From Hyperthermus butylicus DSM 5456 (GTDB taxonomy: Archaea > Thermoproteota > Thermoprotei_A > Sulfolobales > Pyrodictiaceae), in assembly GCF_000015145.1 (NCBI RefSeq), contig NC_008818.1:510001-542000 (forward strand): 32,000 nucleotides of DNA. Reading direction: 5' to 3'. How positions within the stretch are numbered: position 1 is the first letter of the stretch; each line of letters begins with the position of its first letter. A program made the position numbers and the translations under genes. Below the pieces are notes generated by a model. The model saw nothing but the letters and a program-made list of their open reading frames with translations. It was not told the DNA's origin and made no database searches. Positions 9,676 through 19,876 of this stretch are shown one piece after another.

Positions 9676-10686
9676 ATGACCGGCCAGCTACCCGAGAGCG
9701 TTGTGGCCTACTTGAAGCGAGTTGCCAGCCTAGTAGACGGCTACATATACGCTAAGGTGAAGGGCGAGCCTAAGGAGGTCTATGATGCCGGCCTACACCT
9801 CATAAGGGCGGGCGGGAAGAGACTAAGGCCAGCCATAGTTGTTGCCATTGCTGAGGCTCTCGGGGAGCCTGCTGAGCGCGCCCTACCCTTCGCAGCAGCG
9901 GTGGAACTCGTACACAATTTTACCCTCATACACGACGACATAATGGACCGCGATGAGTTCCGCCGTGGAGTTCCCACCGTGCACAAGGTCTGGGGCGAAC
10001 CCCTAGCAATAACGGCGGGCGACCTCCTCTTTGCCAAGGCGTTTGAAACGCTCACTGACGCCCTCGACAAAGGCATACCGCCCGACAGAGTTGCAAGAGC
10101 CACGAGAGTATTATCCAGGGCATCAGCGGTCATAGCTGAGGGCCAAGCTATGGACCTGATGTTCGAGGAGGAGGACGAAGTTAGCATTGATGAATACCTA
10201 ATAATGATATACAAGAAGACCGGTGCACTCTTCGAAGCCTCAGCTGTGCTCGGGGGCCTAGTAGCAACGGGTGATGACGCAACCCTGGAGAAGCTTGCAG
10301 AGTTCGGCAAGAACCTTGGCATAGCATTCCAGATACGCGATGACATTCTTGGTATTGTCGGCAAGGAGGAGGAGCTAGGAAAACCCGTCTATAGCGACAT
10401 AAGGGAGGGCAAGAAGACTCTCCCAATAATCTATGCCTTGAGGAACCTTGAGGACGAGGATAGGGAGAAGCTAGTAATGGTTCTCGGAAACAGAGAGGCT
10501 TCAAGAGAGGAACTCGAGCAGGCAGCAAAACTCGTGGTAGCATCCGGCGCGATAGACTACGCCGAGAGCAAGGCTAGAGAATACATAGACCGTGCCCTAG
10601 AAGCCCTCCGGGGTGCGGTACCCGAAAACAACTACCGTAGGATACTCGAGGAGCTAGCAAAATTCGTGGCAACTAGAACCTGGTAG
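9676..10686 (+). CDS. gds: Polyprenyl (geranylgeranyl) diphosphate synthase
   Basis: AGGKRLRPAIVV...HNFTLIHDDIMDRDEFRRGVPTVH...IAFQIRDDILG. ORF opens at 9607; likely ATG 9676 (MTGQLPESVV). Confidence 0.92.
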   Translation: MTGQLPESVVAYLKRVASLVDGYIYAKVKGEPKEVYDAGLHLIRAGGKRLRPAIVVAIAEALGEPAERALPFAAAVELVHNFTLIHDDIMDRDEFRRGVPTVHKVWGEPLAITAGDLLFAKAFETLTDALDKGIPPDRVARATRVLSRASAVIAEGQAMDLMFEEEDEVSIDEYLIMIYKKTGALFEASAVLGGLVATGDDATLEKLAEFGKNLGIAFQIRDDILGIVGKEEELGKPVYSDIREGKKTLPIIYALRNLEDEDREKLVMVLGNREASREELEQAAKLVVASGAIDYAESKAREYIDRALEALRGAVPENNYRRILEELAKFVATRTW

Positions 10687-10703
10687 CTGAAGGGTTTCCC
10701 GGG

Positions 10704-11216
10704 ATGGAGTCCGGAGAGAAATCCTGCCACAGATCCCCCTATCACATCCCCCGGATATACATTGAGGGTATAGGTAGCGACGAGTATCTCGAACTCGTAG
10801 ACTCCACCGCAAGGAGGACAGACAGGTGTAGCGGTAGGCGCTGCTTTGGCAAAGCAATATATGGCACGCTCCTCGACGAGATAGCCGATCTACTAGCAAA
10901 GAAAGCTACGAGGAGCTTCATAGTAGTATTGCCGCCTGACTACAGGAAAGGCCTCCTCGTAGAAGCTGGTAGCTACCTCGAACCAGTACCTCTCGAAGGC
11001 ATGCGTGTCGTAATCCACGTTTGCGAGGGCGACAGGGTGGAGGAGGGTTCAACTCTAGGATTTATTGCTACACGTAAGTTTGAAGTCCGGCATATACGTA
11101 GCCATGTGGAGGGTGTTGTTGTATACATTTACTCCTCGCCTGAAGGCCCACCAGACCGGAACATAGTGTTCATAGCGCCAGAGGAGGTGGTTCAGACTGT
11201 CACAGTACAATCCTGA
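10704..11216 (+). CDS. DUF2118-like protein with biotinyl/lipoyl-like beta domain
   Basis: 170 aa; YIEGIGSDEYLELVDSTARR...VVIHVCEGDRVEEGSTLGFIATRKFEVRHIRSHVEGVVVYI. Confidence 0.6.
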   Translation: MESGEKSCHRSPYHIPRIYIEGIGSDEYLELVDSTARRTDRCSGRRCFGKAIYGTLLDEIADLLAKKATRSFIVVLPPDYRKGLLVEAGSYLEPVPLEGMRVVIHVCEGDRVEEGSTLGFIATRKFEVRHIRSHVEGVVVYIYSSPEGPPDRNIVFIAPEEVVQTVTVQS

Positions 11217-11247
11217 GGAGATTAGAGAGCTAGCTCGCGCTTATGCA

Positions 11248-12984
11248 TTGCTTAACGCTGTCGGACACGGTGGCAGGGCAGCGGTAGGCCCAGTAATGGG
11301 CAAGATAATGGCTGAAAGACCTGACCTAAGGCCACAAGCCAAGCAGATAGTAGCAATTGTGCGTGAGGTCGTGGAGGAGGTTAACAAGCTGAGCCTCGAG
11401 GAGCAGAAGAGGCTGCTGGAAGAGAAGTATAGCTGGGTTATCGAGAAGAAACTGCAGAAGCGGAGGGAGGCTGTGGAAAAGAAGCTACCGCCACTGCCTG
11501 ATGCTGAGGAGGGTCGGGTGGTTACACGGTTCGCTCCAAACCCTGACTTCGTCATACATCTCGGCAATGCTAGACCCGCTCTCCTCTCCTACGAATACGC
11601 TGTAATGTATCGTGGCAAGATGATACTCCGCTTTGAGGATACCGATCCGAGGATTAAGACGCCCCTACCCGAGGCATACGAGTTGATAAGGGAGGATCTC
11701 AAATGGCTCGGTATACGCTGGGACGAGGAGTACATACAGAGTCTAAGGATGCACATCTACTATGACATAGCCAGGAAACTAATAGAGGTTGGTGGTGCGT
11801 ACGTAGACGACCGCAGCCCGGAGGAGTTTAGGAGGTACCGAGACGAAGGCAGGCTAGAGGACTATCCGCCGCGCAAGCGCAGTGTCGAGGAGAACCTCGA
11901 GCTATGGGACAAAATGGTCTCCGGAGCCTTTGGCGAAGGCGAAGCAGTACTAAGAGTAAAGACCGACCCCCGGCACCCTGATCCCAGCGTGCGTGACTGG
12001 GTAGCATTCCGCATCATAGACACCAGCCGCTATCCCCACCCCCTAGTAGGCGACCGTTATGTAGCATGGCCGACCTACAACTTCGCAGCAGCAGTCGACG
12101 ACAAGTTAATGGGTGTAACCCACATACTTCGTGCAAAAGAGCACATGCAGAACACAATTAAACAACAGTTCCTCTACAAGCACCTAGGCTGGAGCTATCC
12201 TCACGTAGTACACTTTGGAAGGCTTAAGCTTGAAGGCTTCATAATGAGTAAGTCTACGCTAAAACGGTTTCTCGATGCAGGCATAAGTAGGGGCATTGAT
12301 GACCCACGCTTTGCAACGATTGCAGGGCTTAGACGTCGGGGGATTGTGCCGGAAGCTATAAAGAAGCTAATAATGGAGGTCGGCGTAAAATATACCGATG
12401 CAAGTATAAGCTATGACAACTTAGCAGCGATAAACAGATCGATAATCGATCCACGTGCCAAGAGGATAATGGCTGCATTGAGTCCTGTACCAGTAGAGGT
12501 TGAGGGATTGCCGTGGAGGGAGAAGGAGTTCAGAATACCTTTCCATCCTTCAGGCCAGCTTGGCGAGAGAATAGTCAAGCTTGCCGGGCCTAAGGCAACC
12601 ATATACGTGTCCCAGAGCGATGCAGTGCAGCTTGCCAAGGGCAACATTGTGAGGCTAATGGAAGCCTTCAACATAGAGGTTCTAGGGGCGTCACCTAGAC
12701 GTGTAAGGGCACGCTATCACAGCTTAACAGTTGATGAGGCTAGGCAGCATAACGCGCCCATAATACAGTGGGTGCCAGCCACGGATAACATTGCAGTTGA
12801 AGTGTTGAAGCCGGAAGGTCTAGACCTAGTACAGGAGCGTGGCCTCGCAGAACCAGCAGCAGCCCAGCTGAAACCGGGCGAAATAATACAGCTCGTACGC
12901 ATAGGATTTGCGCGGGTTGATAGCGTCGAGACAGACGAAAAGGGGAAAGTAAGGAAGGTAGTGCTCATCTATGCTCATGACTGA
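11248..12984 (+). CDS. gltX: Glutamyl-tRNA synthetase, archaeal type
   Basis: VVTRFAPNPDFVIHLGNARPALLSYEYAVMYRGKMILRFEDTDPR (HIGH-like), LGWSYPHVVHFGRLKLEGFIMSKSTLKRF (KMSKS-like). Confidence 0.94.
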   Translation: MLNAVGHGGRAAVGPVMGKIMAERPDLRPQAKQIVAIVREVVEEVNKLSLEEQKRLLEEKYSWVIEKKLQKRREAVEKKLPPLPDAEEGRVVTRFAPNPDFVIHLGNARPALLSYEYAVMYRGKMILRFEDTDPRIKTPLPEAYELIREDLKWLGIRWDEEYIQSLRMHIYYDIARKLIEVGGAYVDDRSPEEFRRYRDEGRLEDYPPRKRSVEENLELWDKMVSGAFGEGEAVLRVKTDPRHPDPSVRDWVAFRIIDTSRYPHPLVGDRYVAWPTYNFAAAVDDKLMGVTHILRAKEHMQNTIKQQFLYKHLGWSYPHVVHFGRLKLEGFIMSKSTLKRFLDAGISRGIDDPRFATIAGLRRRGIVPEAIKKLIMEVGVKYTDASISYDNLAAINRSIIDPRAKRIMAALSPVPVEVEGLPWREKEFRIPFHPSGQLGERIVKLAGPKATIYVSQSDAVQLAKGNIVRLMEAFNIEVLGASPRRVRARYHSLTVDEARQHNAPIIQWVPATDNIAVEVLKPEGLDLVQERGLAEPAAAQLKPGEIIQLVRIGFARVDSVETDEKGKVRKVVLIYAHD

Positions 12985-13095
12985 GAAGAAGCTTTCATTC
13001 AAAGTGGGGCCGCTAGTTTTGTAAACCCTTCCAGGCCTAGAGCCCTAAGCGTACTATGGAGGGGCGACGACCGAGCCCCGGGAGGAGGATGAGCC

Positions 13096-13479
13096 ATGAG
13101 CAAGCCGTTCTATGTTAGGTTCGAGGTTCCACCAGAGCTAGCAGAGAAGGCCTACCAGGCACTAGAGATAGCAAGGAAGACTGGCAAGATAAAGAAGGGC
13201 ACCAACGAGACCACTAAGTGTGTCGAGCGCGGCCTAGCAAAGCTAGTACTCATAGCTGAGGATGTAGACCCACCAGAGATCGTTGCTCACCTACCACTAC
13301 TCTGCGAGGAGAAGAAGATACCCTACGTCTATGTACCGAGCAAGAAGAGGCTAGGCGAGGCTGCAGGCATAGAGGTTGCAGCAGCTAGCGCTTGCATCAT
13401 AGACCCGGGCGAGGCTAAGAACCTAGTTGAGGAGATCGTAAAGGCTGTGAACGAGCTAAAGACAAAGGCAGCCCAGTAG
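13096..13479 (+). CDS. rpl7ae: 50S ribosomal protein L7Ae (eL8), kink-turn binding
   Basis: 127 aa; [61 protein letters not shown]. Confidence 0.96.
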   Translation: MSKPFYVRFEVPPELAEKAYQALEIARKTGKIKKGTNETTKCVERGLAKLVLIAEDVDPPEIVAHLPLLCEEKKIPYVYVPSKKRLGEAAGIEVAAASACIIDPGEAKNLVEEIVKAVNELKTKAAQ

Positions 13480-13536
13480 CACGCAACTAGAAACCCCTAG
13501 CCCATCGTGTCCATGGTTTTTAGAGTATCTCACTAA

Positions 13537-14298
13537 CTACCTCGTTCTCGTTGTCTCGGGTATGCATATCTTGAATCCATATTCCTCATCGCAGCTCCTA
13601 CACGTATACGATACACTATATTCTACACAGTTTGGCAGGGGCTTCAAGGTAGCCATCTTCTCTGGTTTCCCACCGCAGGGGCACTCTAAGAGATCCAGGT
13701 AGGCTATGTGTCCCTCATATACTGCTTCAATTCGTAGTATGGTGCGCAGTCCTAGCTCCTGCAGCTCCTCGACAAGCCACTTAGCATAGGCCATTGTGTG
13801 TGGCTTCAGTCTTGAGGCTAGCCTTTTTGCAGCAGCTGTGTAGAGTATGTAGTCTGAGGCTACTGCATAGCTTAGCGCATCTGCCGTAACTGAAAGTAGC
13901 TCTGAGAAGCTCCTAGCAGGCTCCCCGGTGAGGAGGGATATAGCACCAATACGGGATAGTACGTCGGCATCCAGTGCTACCCTTGTATAACTAGCTTGTG
14001 GTGCACGGAGCGCAGCATCGGCAGCCTCTTCGGCGGCGCGATCAGCAACACTCCGATATGCTGGCTTGAGCCTATCTGCCTCGCCGGGTTCTACAATTGC
14101 CACAGTAGCTGCAGCTGCTTGAGTAGCGTCGCAGCCTTCAATCCTGCATATGGCTGCCGCATAGGCCAGTGCTAGGAGCGTCCTAGCCCTAAGCCTGGGC
14201 CTAGACTCAAATATCCGAGCAGCAAGCTGGGAGGCCAACTCGTACAAGGTGTCAGGCCACCCTCCCCAGAGGGATGTGAGGGCGGCTGCAGTTGTCAC
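13537..14298 (-). CDS. Uncharacterised two-domain protein: alpha-helical N-terminus plus C-terminal zinc ribbon
   Basis: 253 aa; CPCGGKPEKM...YTCRSCDEEYGFKIC gives a CxC...CxxC zinc-ribbon-like C-terminus. Confidence 0.6.
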   Translation of the reverse strand: MTTAAALTSLWGGWPDTLYELASQLAARIFESRPRLRARTLLALAYAAAICRIEGCDATQAAAATVAIVEPGEADRLKPAYRSVADRAAEEAADAALRAPQASYTRVALDADVLSRIGAISLLTGEPARSFSELLSVTADALSYAVASDYILYTAAAKRLASRLKPHTMAYAKWLVEELQELGLRTILRIEAVYEGHIAYLDLLECPCGGKPEKMATLKPLPNCVEYSVSYTCRSCDEEYGFKICIPETTRTR

Positions 14299-14312
14299 AG
14301 TTTGTTCGGGGT

Positions 14313-15194
14313 TTAAGCTGCTAGTGCTACGGCTATAACAGCTAGCGTAGCTGCTACTGCGTGGCGGGCTGTTGGCTTCTCAGCAGCTTCTCCTGGCAGG
14401 ATTGTTGCTGCTAGGAGGAGAGTGTGAAGTGGGTATAGACCTATCAGTATGACGGCGGGGGCTACCTCGATTATGCTTAGGGCAATGTATCGTAGGAGCT
14501 GGGCAAACGCGACACTAGCTGCAGCCGAAGCCATGAATATGTGGTGTCGCGTGAGTCCCGTAATCTCCTTGAGTCTGCCCGCTGCGGCTGCTAGCGTGGC
14601 GGCGATGGGGAGCGCTACGGTGTAGGAGACTGCTGTGCCGAGTACCGGGTTGCCGCCCGAGTAGCCTCCCGCATAGCGTACGAGTAATGTTGAGGAGGCG
14701 AAGACGAGGCTTGAAGCAATACCTGCAACAACACCTAGGCCAAGCTTCTCACCGTGTAACGGTCTCCCGCTAGGTCTGCTGGAAGCAAGGTAGACTGCCA
14801 GGGTCGCAGCGGTGAGCCCTGCAGCCCTCTCAGCGTCTATGGGCTCTCTGAGGAAGACCCAGGCTAGCAGCGCTGAAAAGAGCACGGTGGGGCTAGAGGC
14901 CACGGCAGCGCTTGTAGCGCCGATAGCGGATATCGAGACGTAAAAGAGGAGTCTCCCAACAACAAAGTTGAGAAGGCCAGCTACAGCATAGGCAAGAAGA
15001 GCAGACCTATCCGCCGTAAAAGAGTTTGTGGCTGCCACAGTCAGCCATAGCAGCGGCGTACCTATGAGGAGGCTTAGCAAGAGATTTGCCAGCGGTGATA
15101 GCCGTGCCGAGGCAGCCCGTACAAGTACATCGCTAACCCCAAACAGTACACCAGCAGTAAAGGCGGCTGCATAGCCCAGCAATGCACGGGTCAC
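14313..15194 (-). CDS. EamA/DMT-family permease
   Basis: 293 aa, ~10 hydrophobic segments; [26 protein letters not shown]...[27 protein letters not shown]. Confidence 0.8.
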   Translation of the reverse strand: MTRALLGYAAAFTAGVLFGVSDVLVRAASARLSPLANLLLSLLIGTPLLWLTVAATNSFTADRSALLAYAVAGLLNFVVGRLLFYVSISAIGATSAAVASSPTVLFSALLAWVFLREPIDAERAAGLTAATLAVYLASSRPSGRPLHGEKLGLGVVAGIASSLVFASSTLLVRYAGGYSGGNPVLGTAVSYTVALPIAATLAAAAGRLKEITGLTRHHIFMASAAASVAFAQLLRYIALSIIEVAPAVILIGLYPLHTLLLAATILPGEAAEKPTARHAVAATLAVIAVALAA

Positions 15195-15280
15195 CCATGC
15201 ATACTGGGAAAGGCTTGCACAGCGTGGGTAGCCGCATGGCGGTCAGCTGCGCCGTCCAGGAGACAGCCCGGCAACCAACT

Positions 15281-15292
15281 TAGTTTTATTAA
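15281..15292 (+). promoter_or_regulatory. Putative TATA/BRE promoter of rps28e-rpl24e
   Basis: AT-rich tagttttatt aa about 40 nt upstream of the rps28e start. Confidence 0.4.
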
Positions 15293-15329
15293 CCGTTTCT
15301 TCCGGCCGCTAGCTGGCTGGGGGACGAGG

Positions 15330-15575
15330 TTGAGTCAACGCAAGGAGAAAGAATTCAACATAATAGAGGAGATAGGCTATCCTGCAGAGGTCATACAGAT
15401 AATCGGCAGGACTGGCGTCCACGGCGAGGTTATACAGGTGCGTGTAAGAGTTCTTGAGGGCAGGGACAAGGGTCGAGTACTCACGAGGAACGTTCTTGGC
15501 CCAGTAAGGCTGGGTGACATAGTTATACTCCGCGAGACAGAGCGCGAAGCTAGGAGACTTGGCAGGAGGAGGTAG
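15330..15575 (+). CDS. rps28e: 30S ribosomal protein S28e (eS28)
   Basis: 81 aa; [62 protein letters not shown]. Confidence 0.95.
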   Translation: MSQRKEKEFNIIEEIGYPAEVIQIIGRTGVHGEVIQVRVRVLEGRDKGRVLTRNVLGPVRLGDIVILRETEREARRLGRRR

Positions 15576-15603
15576 AGGAGCGGCGTAGCGAGGTGATGAG
15601 TAG

Positions 15604-15789
15604 ATGCCAGTCGTGCATACGTGCACTTATTGTGGCCGCTCAATAGAGCCAGGCACCGGCCTAATGTACGTAAAGAATGATGGTAGTGTGCTATGGTTCT
15701 GCAGCAGTAAGTGCTTCAAGCTCTGGCGGATGGGTCGCGATCCCAGGAAGCTAAAGTGGACCGAGCGCTACACGCAGCTACGCCGTTAG
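15604..15789 (+). CDS. rpl24e: 50S ribosomal protein L24e (eL24)
   Basis: 61 aa; [50 protein letters not shown]. Confidence 0.95.
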   Translation: MPVVHTCTYCGRSIEPGTGLMYVKNDGSVLWFCSSKCFKLWRMGRDPRKLKWTERYTQLRR

Positions 15790-15834
15790 CTGGGTCTTTT
15801 CCCAGCCATCTCCAAAGGAGAGGGGCAGCTTCTC

Positions 15835-16722
15835 CTACCTATGCGCTAGGCTTGCTAGGACTAGTCCTGTGAGCACCAATAGGCCCCCAGCGATCAGTCT
15901 TGTTGTGAGCTTTTCCGAGGCTAAGATGGATGAGAGTAGCTGGGTTAGCACCGGCGTAAGCGCTATACCTATGCTGACTATGCTGACTGGTAGGAGCGTT
16001 AGGGCATAGAGGAAGGCTATGCCGCCCGTAACATAGCCAAGCAGCCCAGCCACAACGATCTCGCCAGCCACGAGTCGAGCTGCACTCCATCGTGCCATAA
16101 CCGGGGCTAGGACGGCAACGGAGTATGCTGCTCGCACGCTCGCCACGGTGAGGTAGCCAGCTCTCTTGAGTGCAGCATCGTATGCGTACATGCTCACAGT
16201 CCATACAAACGACGCTATGAGAGCTGCAAGTACGGCTAGGAGCCTTTCGCGTTCAGCCACATCAGCTCTGCCGCCTCTACTGGTGGCGATTAGCCATACA
16301 CCGGTGAGAGCGAGTGCTGCAGCTGCAAGCGCTAGAGGGCCAATAGCGCCGGAGGCGTAGTCGTAGAGTGCTGTCCATATCACGAAGAGGTATGAGACTG
16401 GCATGGCAACGCTTGCGCCAACCCTGCTAATACTGTAGACGTACAAGCTGTCCCCTGCAAGGGTGCTAACAACACCGCCAACAATGACGCCTAGCTGGAA
16501 CACAAGGTCAAGCCAAGGGGTTGTATAGGGAAACCCTTCCCACAGCCATGCAAGTGGTGCCGTAGCTGCGAGAGCTACGAGCATGCGCCAGCCATTAAAC
16601 GCCCAAGGATCAATACTTGTCTTTGATGATGCGCGGCTAATAACAGCAGGTGCTAAAGCCCAGGATGCGACGGCTGCAGCAATAGCAGCCAAGCCAGCTG
16701 AGACTGGCATGCTTGTCACCAC
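15835..16722 (-). CDS. EamA/DMT-family permease
   Basis: 295 aa hydrophobic protein; WRMLVALAATAPLAW...GDSLYVYSISRVGASVAMPVSYLFVIWTALYDY. Confidence 0.8.
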   Translation of the reverse strand: MVTSMPVSAGLAAIAAAVASWALAPAVISRASSKTSIDPWAFNGWRMLVALAATAPLAWLWEGFPYTTPWLDLVFQLGVIVGGVVSTLAGDSLYVYSISRVGASVAMPVSYLFVIWTALYDYASGAIGPLALAAAALALTGVWLIATSRGGRADVAERERLLAVLAALIASFVWTVSMYAYDAALKRAGYLTVASVRAAYSVAVLAPVMARWSAARLVAGEIVVAGLLGYVTGGIAFLYALTLLPVSIVSIGIALTPVLTQLLSSILASEKLTTRLIAGGLLVLTGLVLASLAHR

Positions 16723-16847
16723 GCGCTAGAAGCACTGTTGTCCATATCGTGGAGTTACTAGCTTAAAGGCCTAGAGGTCTCCAGTGGTAGCATCAAGCAC
16801 TTATCCCGCAGCTTCCAATGGGTAGCGCTTGGTGGAGGAAATCCATG

Positions 16848-17273
16848 CCTGTAGAACGTACGTTCGTCATGATAAAGCCTGATGGTGTCAAGAGGGGGCT
16901 CGTAGGCGAGATAATAGCCAGGTTTGAGAGGAAGGGCCTCAAGATAAAGGCTCTCAAGATGAAGTGGCTAACCCGGGAGGAAGCCGAGAAGCTTTACGAG
17001 GTACACCGTGGCAAACCGTTCTTCGAGGATCTTGTCAACTTTGTCACGAGTGGGCCCGTCGTAGCAATGATACTTGAGGGTGACAGTGCTATAGAGGTTG
17101 TAAGGCTAATGATAGGCCCAACCGACGGTAGAAAGGCACCGCCGGGCACCATTAGGGGCGACTACGCCCTAGACATTGGCGCTAATGTAATACATGCTAG
17201 CGACAGCAAGGAGTCCTATGAACGTGAGTACAAGGTATTCTTCAGCGACGACGAGATAGTGGGTGACTACTAA
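16848..17273 (+). CDS. ndk: Nucleoside diphosphate kinase
   Basis: [33 protein letters not shown]...[38 protein letters not shown] opens at 16818. Confidence 0.95.
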   Translation, partial: PVERTFVMIKPDGVKRGLVGEIIARFERKGLKIKALKMKWLTREEAEKLYEVHRGKPFFEDLVNFVTSGPVVAMILEGDSAIEVVRLMIGPTDGRKAPPGTIRGDYALDIGANVIHASDSKESYEREYKVFFSDDEIVGDY

Positions 17274-17395
17274 CCATCGATTCAAGGCACATAGCTTATC
17301 GATATGATGTTATACATAATGCTAATGGAGTAGTCTCGCTCCACTTTTCTTCCCTACAGCTTACTCCTACCCGCTAACCTGGGTGTGTCGCCAAA

Positions 17396-18625
17396 TTGCC
17401 GCCACCAGAGAGGATAGCTGGCATAGTTGGTAAGACGAACGTAGGTAAGTCAACATTCTTTGCTGCTGCAACCCTGGCAACAGTAGAGATAGGCAATAGG
17501 CCATTTGTAACACTAGAGCCGAGTACCGGTGTAGGCTATGTGCGTAAGCGCTGCATCCACGTGGAGCTAGGGCTTCCGCGCTGCGAACCAGCGTCGGGCT
17601 ACTGTATTGATAGCTGGAGGTTCATACCGGTAAAGCTGGTGGACATACCAGGCCTCATACCGGGCGCCCACGAAGGTAAGGGTCTTGGCAACAAGTTCCT
17701 AGACGCGATAAGACGGGCAGACGCCATTATACTGGTTGTTGATGCTGCAGGCTCAACCGACGCAGCTGGGAACCCGGTCCCTCCTGGCACCTATGACCCA
17801 GTAGAGGAGGTTAGGTGGCTCGAGGTAGAACTCGAAGAGTGGATGTACGGGATAATAAAGAGCGACTGGCAACGCTTCGCGCTCCGCGTCTCAACAACCG
17901 GGGAAAACGCTGTTGAAGCTCTTGCACAGAGACTTAGCGGGCTCAGCGTGAGGAAAGAGCATGTCGAAGAGGCCCTAGAATATGCTGGGTTAACAGGGAA
18001 GAGCCTGACATCGTGGAGTGACGAGGATTTACGCCGTTTCGTTAGAGGGCTGCGTCTCTCCAAGCCAATGCTTGTAGCTGCCAATAAGGCCGACATACCC
18101 GAGGCAGAGGACAATATTAAGCGGATGCAGCGCGAGCTCAAGGAGTATACTGTAGTGCCCACAAGCGCAGCAGCAGAACTGGCGCTACGGCGGGCTGCCA
18201 GGGCAGGCCTGATAAAGTACATCCCGGGCGACAGTGACTTCGAGATAATAGCTGAGGACAAGCTGTCCAGGCAGCAGCTCAAAGCACTCGAATACATCAG
18301 GGAGCGGGTCCTCAAAAAGTGGGGCTCCACGGGAGTACAACAAGCAATAAACAAGACATTCCTCGAACTGCTAGACATGATAGTCGTATACCCAGTTGAA
18401 GACCCCAACAAGTACACCGACGGTAAAGGTAGGATACTGCCCGACGCATATCTCGTCCCGCGCGGCACCACGGCAAGAGAACTAGCATACATGATACACA
18501 CAGACCTGGGCAAAACATTCCTCTATGCAGTCAACGCGAGGACAAAGATGAGAATAGGCGAAGACTACATACTCCAGGACGACGATGTGATAAAAGTCGT
18601 AGCTGCAGCTGCAAAAAAGGGTTAG
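17396..18625 (+). CDS. YchF/Obg-type GTPase with TGS domain
   Basis: 409 aa; GIVGKTNVGKSTFFAAATLA...VDIPGLIPGAHEGKGLGNKFLDAIRRAD; C-terminal TGS-like region LPDAYLVPRGTTARELAYMIHTDLGKTFLYAVNARTKMRIGEDYILQDDDVI. Confidence 0.92.
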   Translation: MPPPERIAGIVGKTNVGKSTFFAAATLATVEIGNRPFVTLEPSTGVGYVRKRCIHVELGLPRCEPASGYCIDSWRFIPVKLVDIPGLIPGAHEGKGLGNKFLDAIRRADAIILVVDAAGSTDAAGNPVPPGTYDPVEEVRWLEVELEEWMYGIIKSDWQRFALRVSTTGENAVEALAQRLSGLSVRKEHVEEALEYAGLTGKSLTSWSDEDLRRFVRGLRLSKPMLVAANKADIPEAEDNIKRMQRELKEYTVVPTSAAAELALRRAARAGLIKYIPGDSDFEIIAEDKLSRQQLKALEYIRERVLKKWGSTGVQQAINKTFLELLDMIVVYPVEDPNKYTDGKGRILPDAYLVPRGTTARELAYMIHTDLGKTFLYAVNARTKMRIGEDYILQDDDVIKVVAAAAKKG

Positions 18626-18892
18626 GCGTAGAGCTAGAGAATCCTTAGCTAGAAACAGAATATCATGTGATTTAAACATCGAGCTTTGAACCGCATCTTT
18701 AGGTTGAGGGGGTCAGCCGGGGCGCACTCTCCCCATGGGCTCCAGGCATGATGCTAGCCGGCCTCGGAAATGCGGGCAAATCGTCATCCCCTACGGGATT
18801 CTTCTCGTCTAGACGAGCTTAGAAGGTTACATCACCAGGTCTCGGGCTCGTTCTCTCAAGCTATTATAACGTCAGTGCTATTCCCGGTGTCT

Positions 18893-18915
18893 ATAAATAT
18901 AAAAATAAAAAGAAG
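18893..18915 (+). promoter_or_regulatory. Strong TATA-like element
   Basis: AT-rich tataaatataaaaataaaaag in otherwise GC-rich DNA, ~20-35 nt upstream of the 18930 start codon. Confidence 0.5.
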
Positions 18916-18929
18916 TATATCTATGAAGT

Positions 18930-19799
18930 GTGTATTCTAACTACTTGCTGGCCTCGGGATGCCCCATGCTGCATGAGTGCTGGCAGCCTGGCCTTGGCAA
19001 GATGTTTCGTGGTGAGACTGCCAAGCTCTTCCTCAAGGTAATGGATAGTGTATGGGAGCGGGGTGAGGAGGAGGCTGAAGCTATAGCTGCTATGTTAAAG
19101 CGGAATGGTGTTGATGCTGGCTCTAGTCTCTTGGAGCTCGGTGCTGGTAACGGTCGTGTAGCCATCCCCTTGGCTAGGCGTGGATACCGGGTAACTGGTG
19201 TTGAGGCTTCAGAGGTATTTGTCGCGGATGGCCGGAGAAGGGTTGAGGAGGCGGGTCTATAGGATAGAGTTGAACTGGTTCTAGGAGACGTATATGATCT
19301 TGATGCCGCGCTTGGAGATAGGATGTTTGACGCTGCATACATGACCTGGACCAGTATAATAGGCTATGCTCTTTCCGAGGAATGCGACGAACTTGCGCTC
19401 CGAAACATTGCAAAACACGTGCGTCCCGGTGGCCTGCTCGTGATAGCCAATACTGCTAGCTATGACAACGTCGGTTTGAGACAGGGTATCTGCGGCTTGT
19501 CAGCGTCTCTCAGCATGGTGGATGAGGAACTTGTAGTTGTTGAAGAGCCCCGTTTCGACCCCGTAGAGAGTGTGGTAACAAACAAATGGACTTTCTATAG
19601 GTTGGAGGGTAAAGATCTACGCTACCTGGACGAGGTCGAGTTCAGATTTAGAATCTACACGCTCCGCGAGCTTGTAACGCTTGCTCGAAGTGCTGGCTGG
19701 GAGCTCGTGGAAGCGGTCAGCGATCCTGTAAAGGCTACGCCTTACAAGCCGTACAGGAGCCCATTCAACCTTGTCTTTCGGAGGACAGTCAGTACGTAG
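18930..19799 (+). pseudogene. SAM-dependent methyltransferase interrupted by an in-frame TAG (19260-19262)
   Basis: ORFs 18930-19262 and 19323-19799 share one frame. Joined translation: LLELGAGNGRVAIPLARRGYRVTGVEAS...RVEEAGL*DRVELVLGDVYDLDAALGDRMFDAAYMTWTSIIGYA. Confidence 0.75.
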
Positions 19800-19876
19800 C
19801 TTTTGGCCTAGCTACGCTTTTAATAGGGCCTAGCATGCTAGCTGGTCTCCTCTGGGTGCTTGGAAGGGGAACGCTA

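Noticed and set aside
9780-10543. Long antisense or alternate-frame ORFs (9780-10364 minus, 10181-10543 minus) over gds
   Set aside because: Shadow ORFs of a strongly supported prenyl synthase; Ser/Ala/Pro-rich with no motif.
17791-18513. 240-aa antisense ORF over the YchF-like GTPase
   Set aside because: Ser-rich shadow ORF opposite a gene with clear G motifs and TGS domain.
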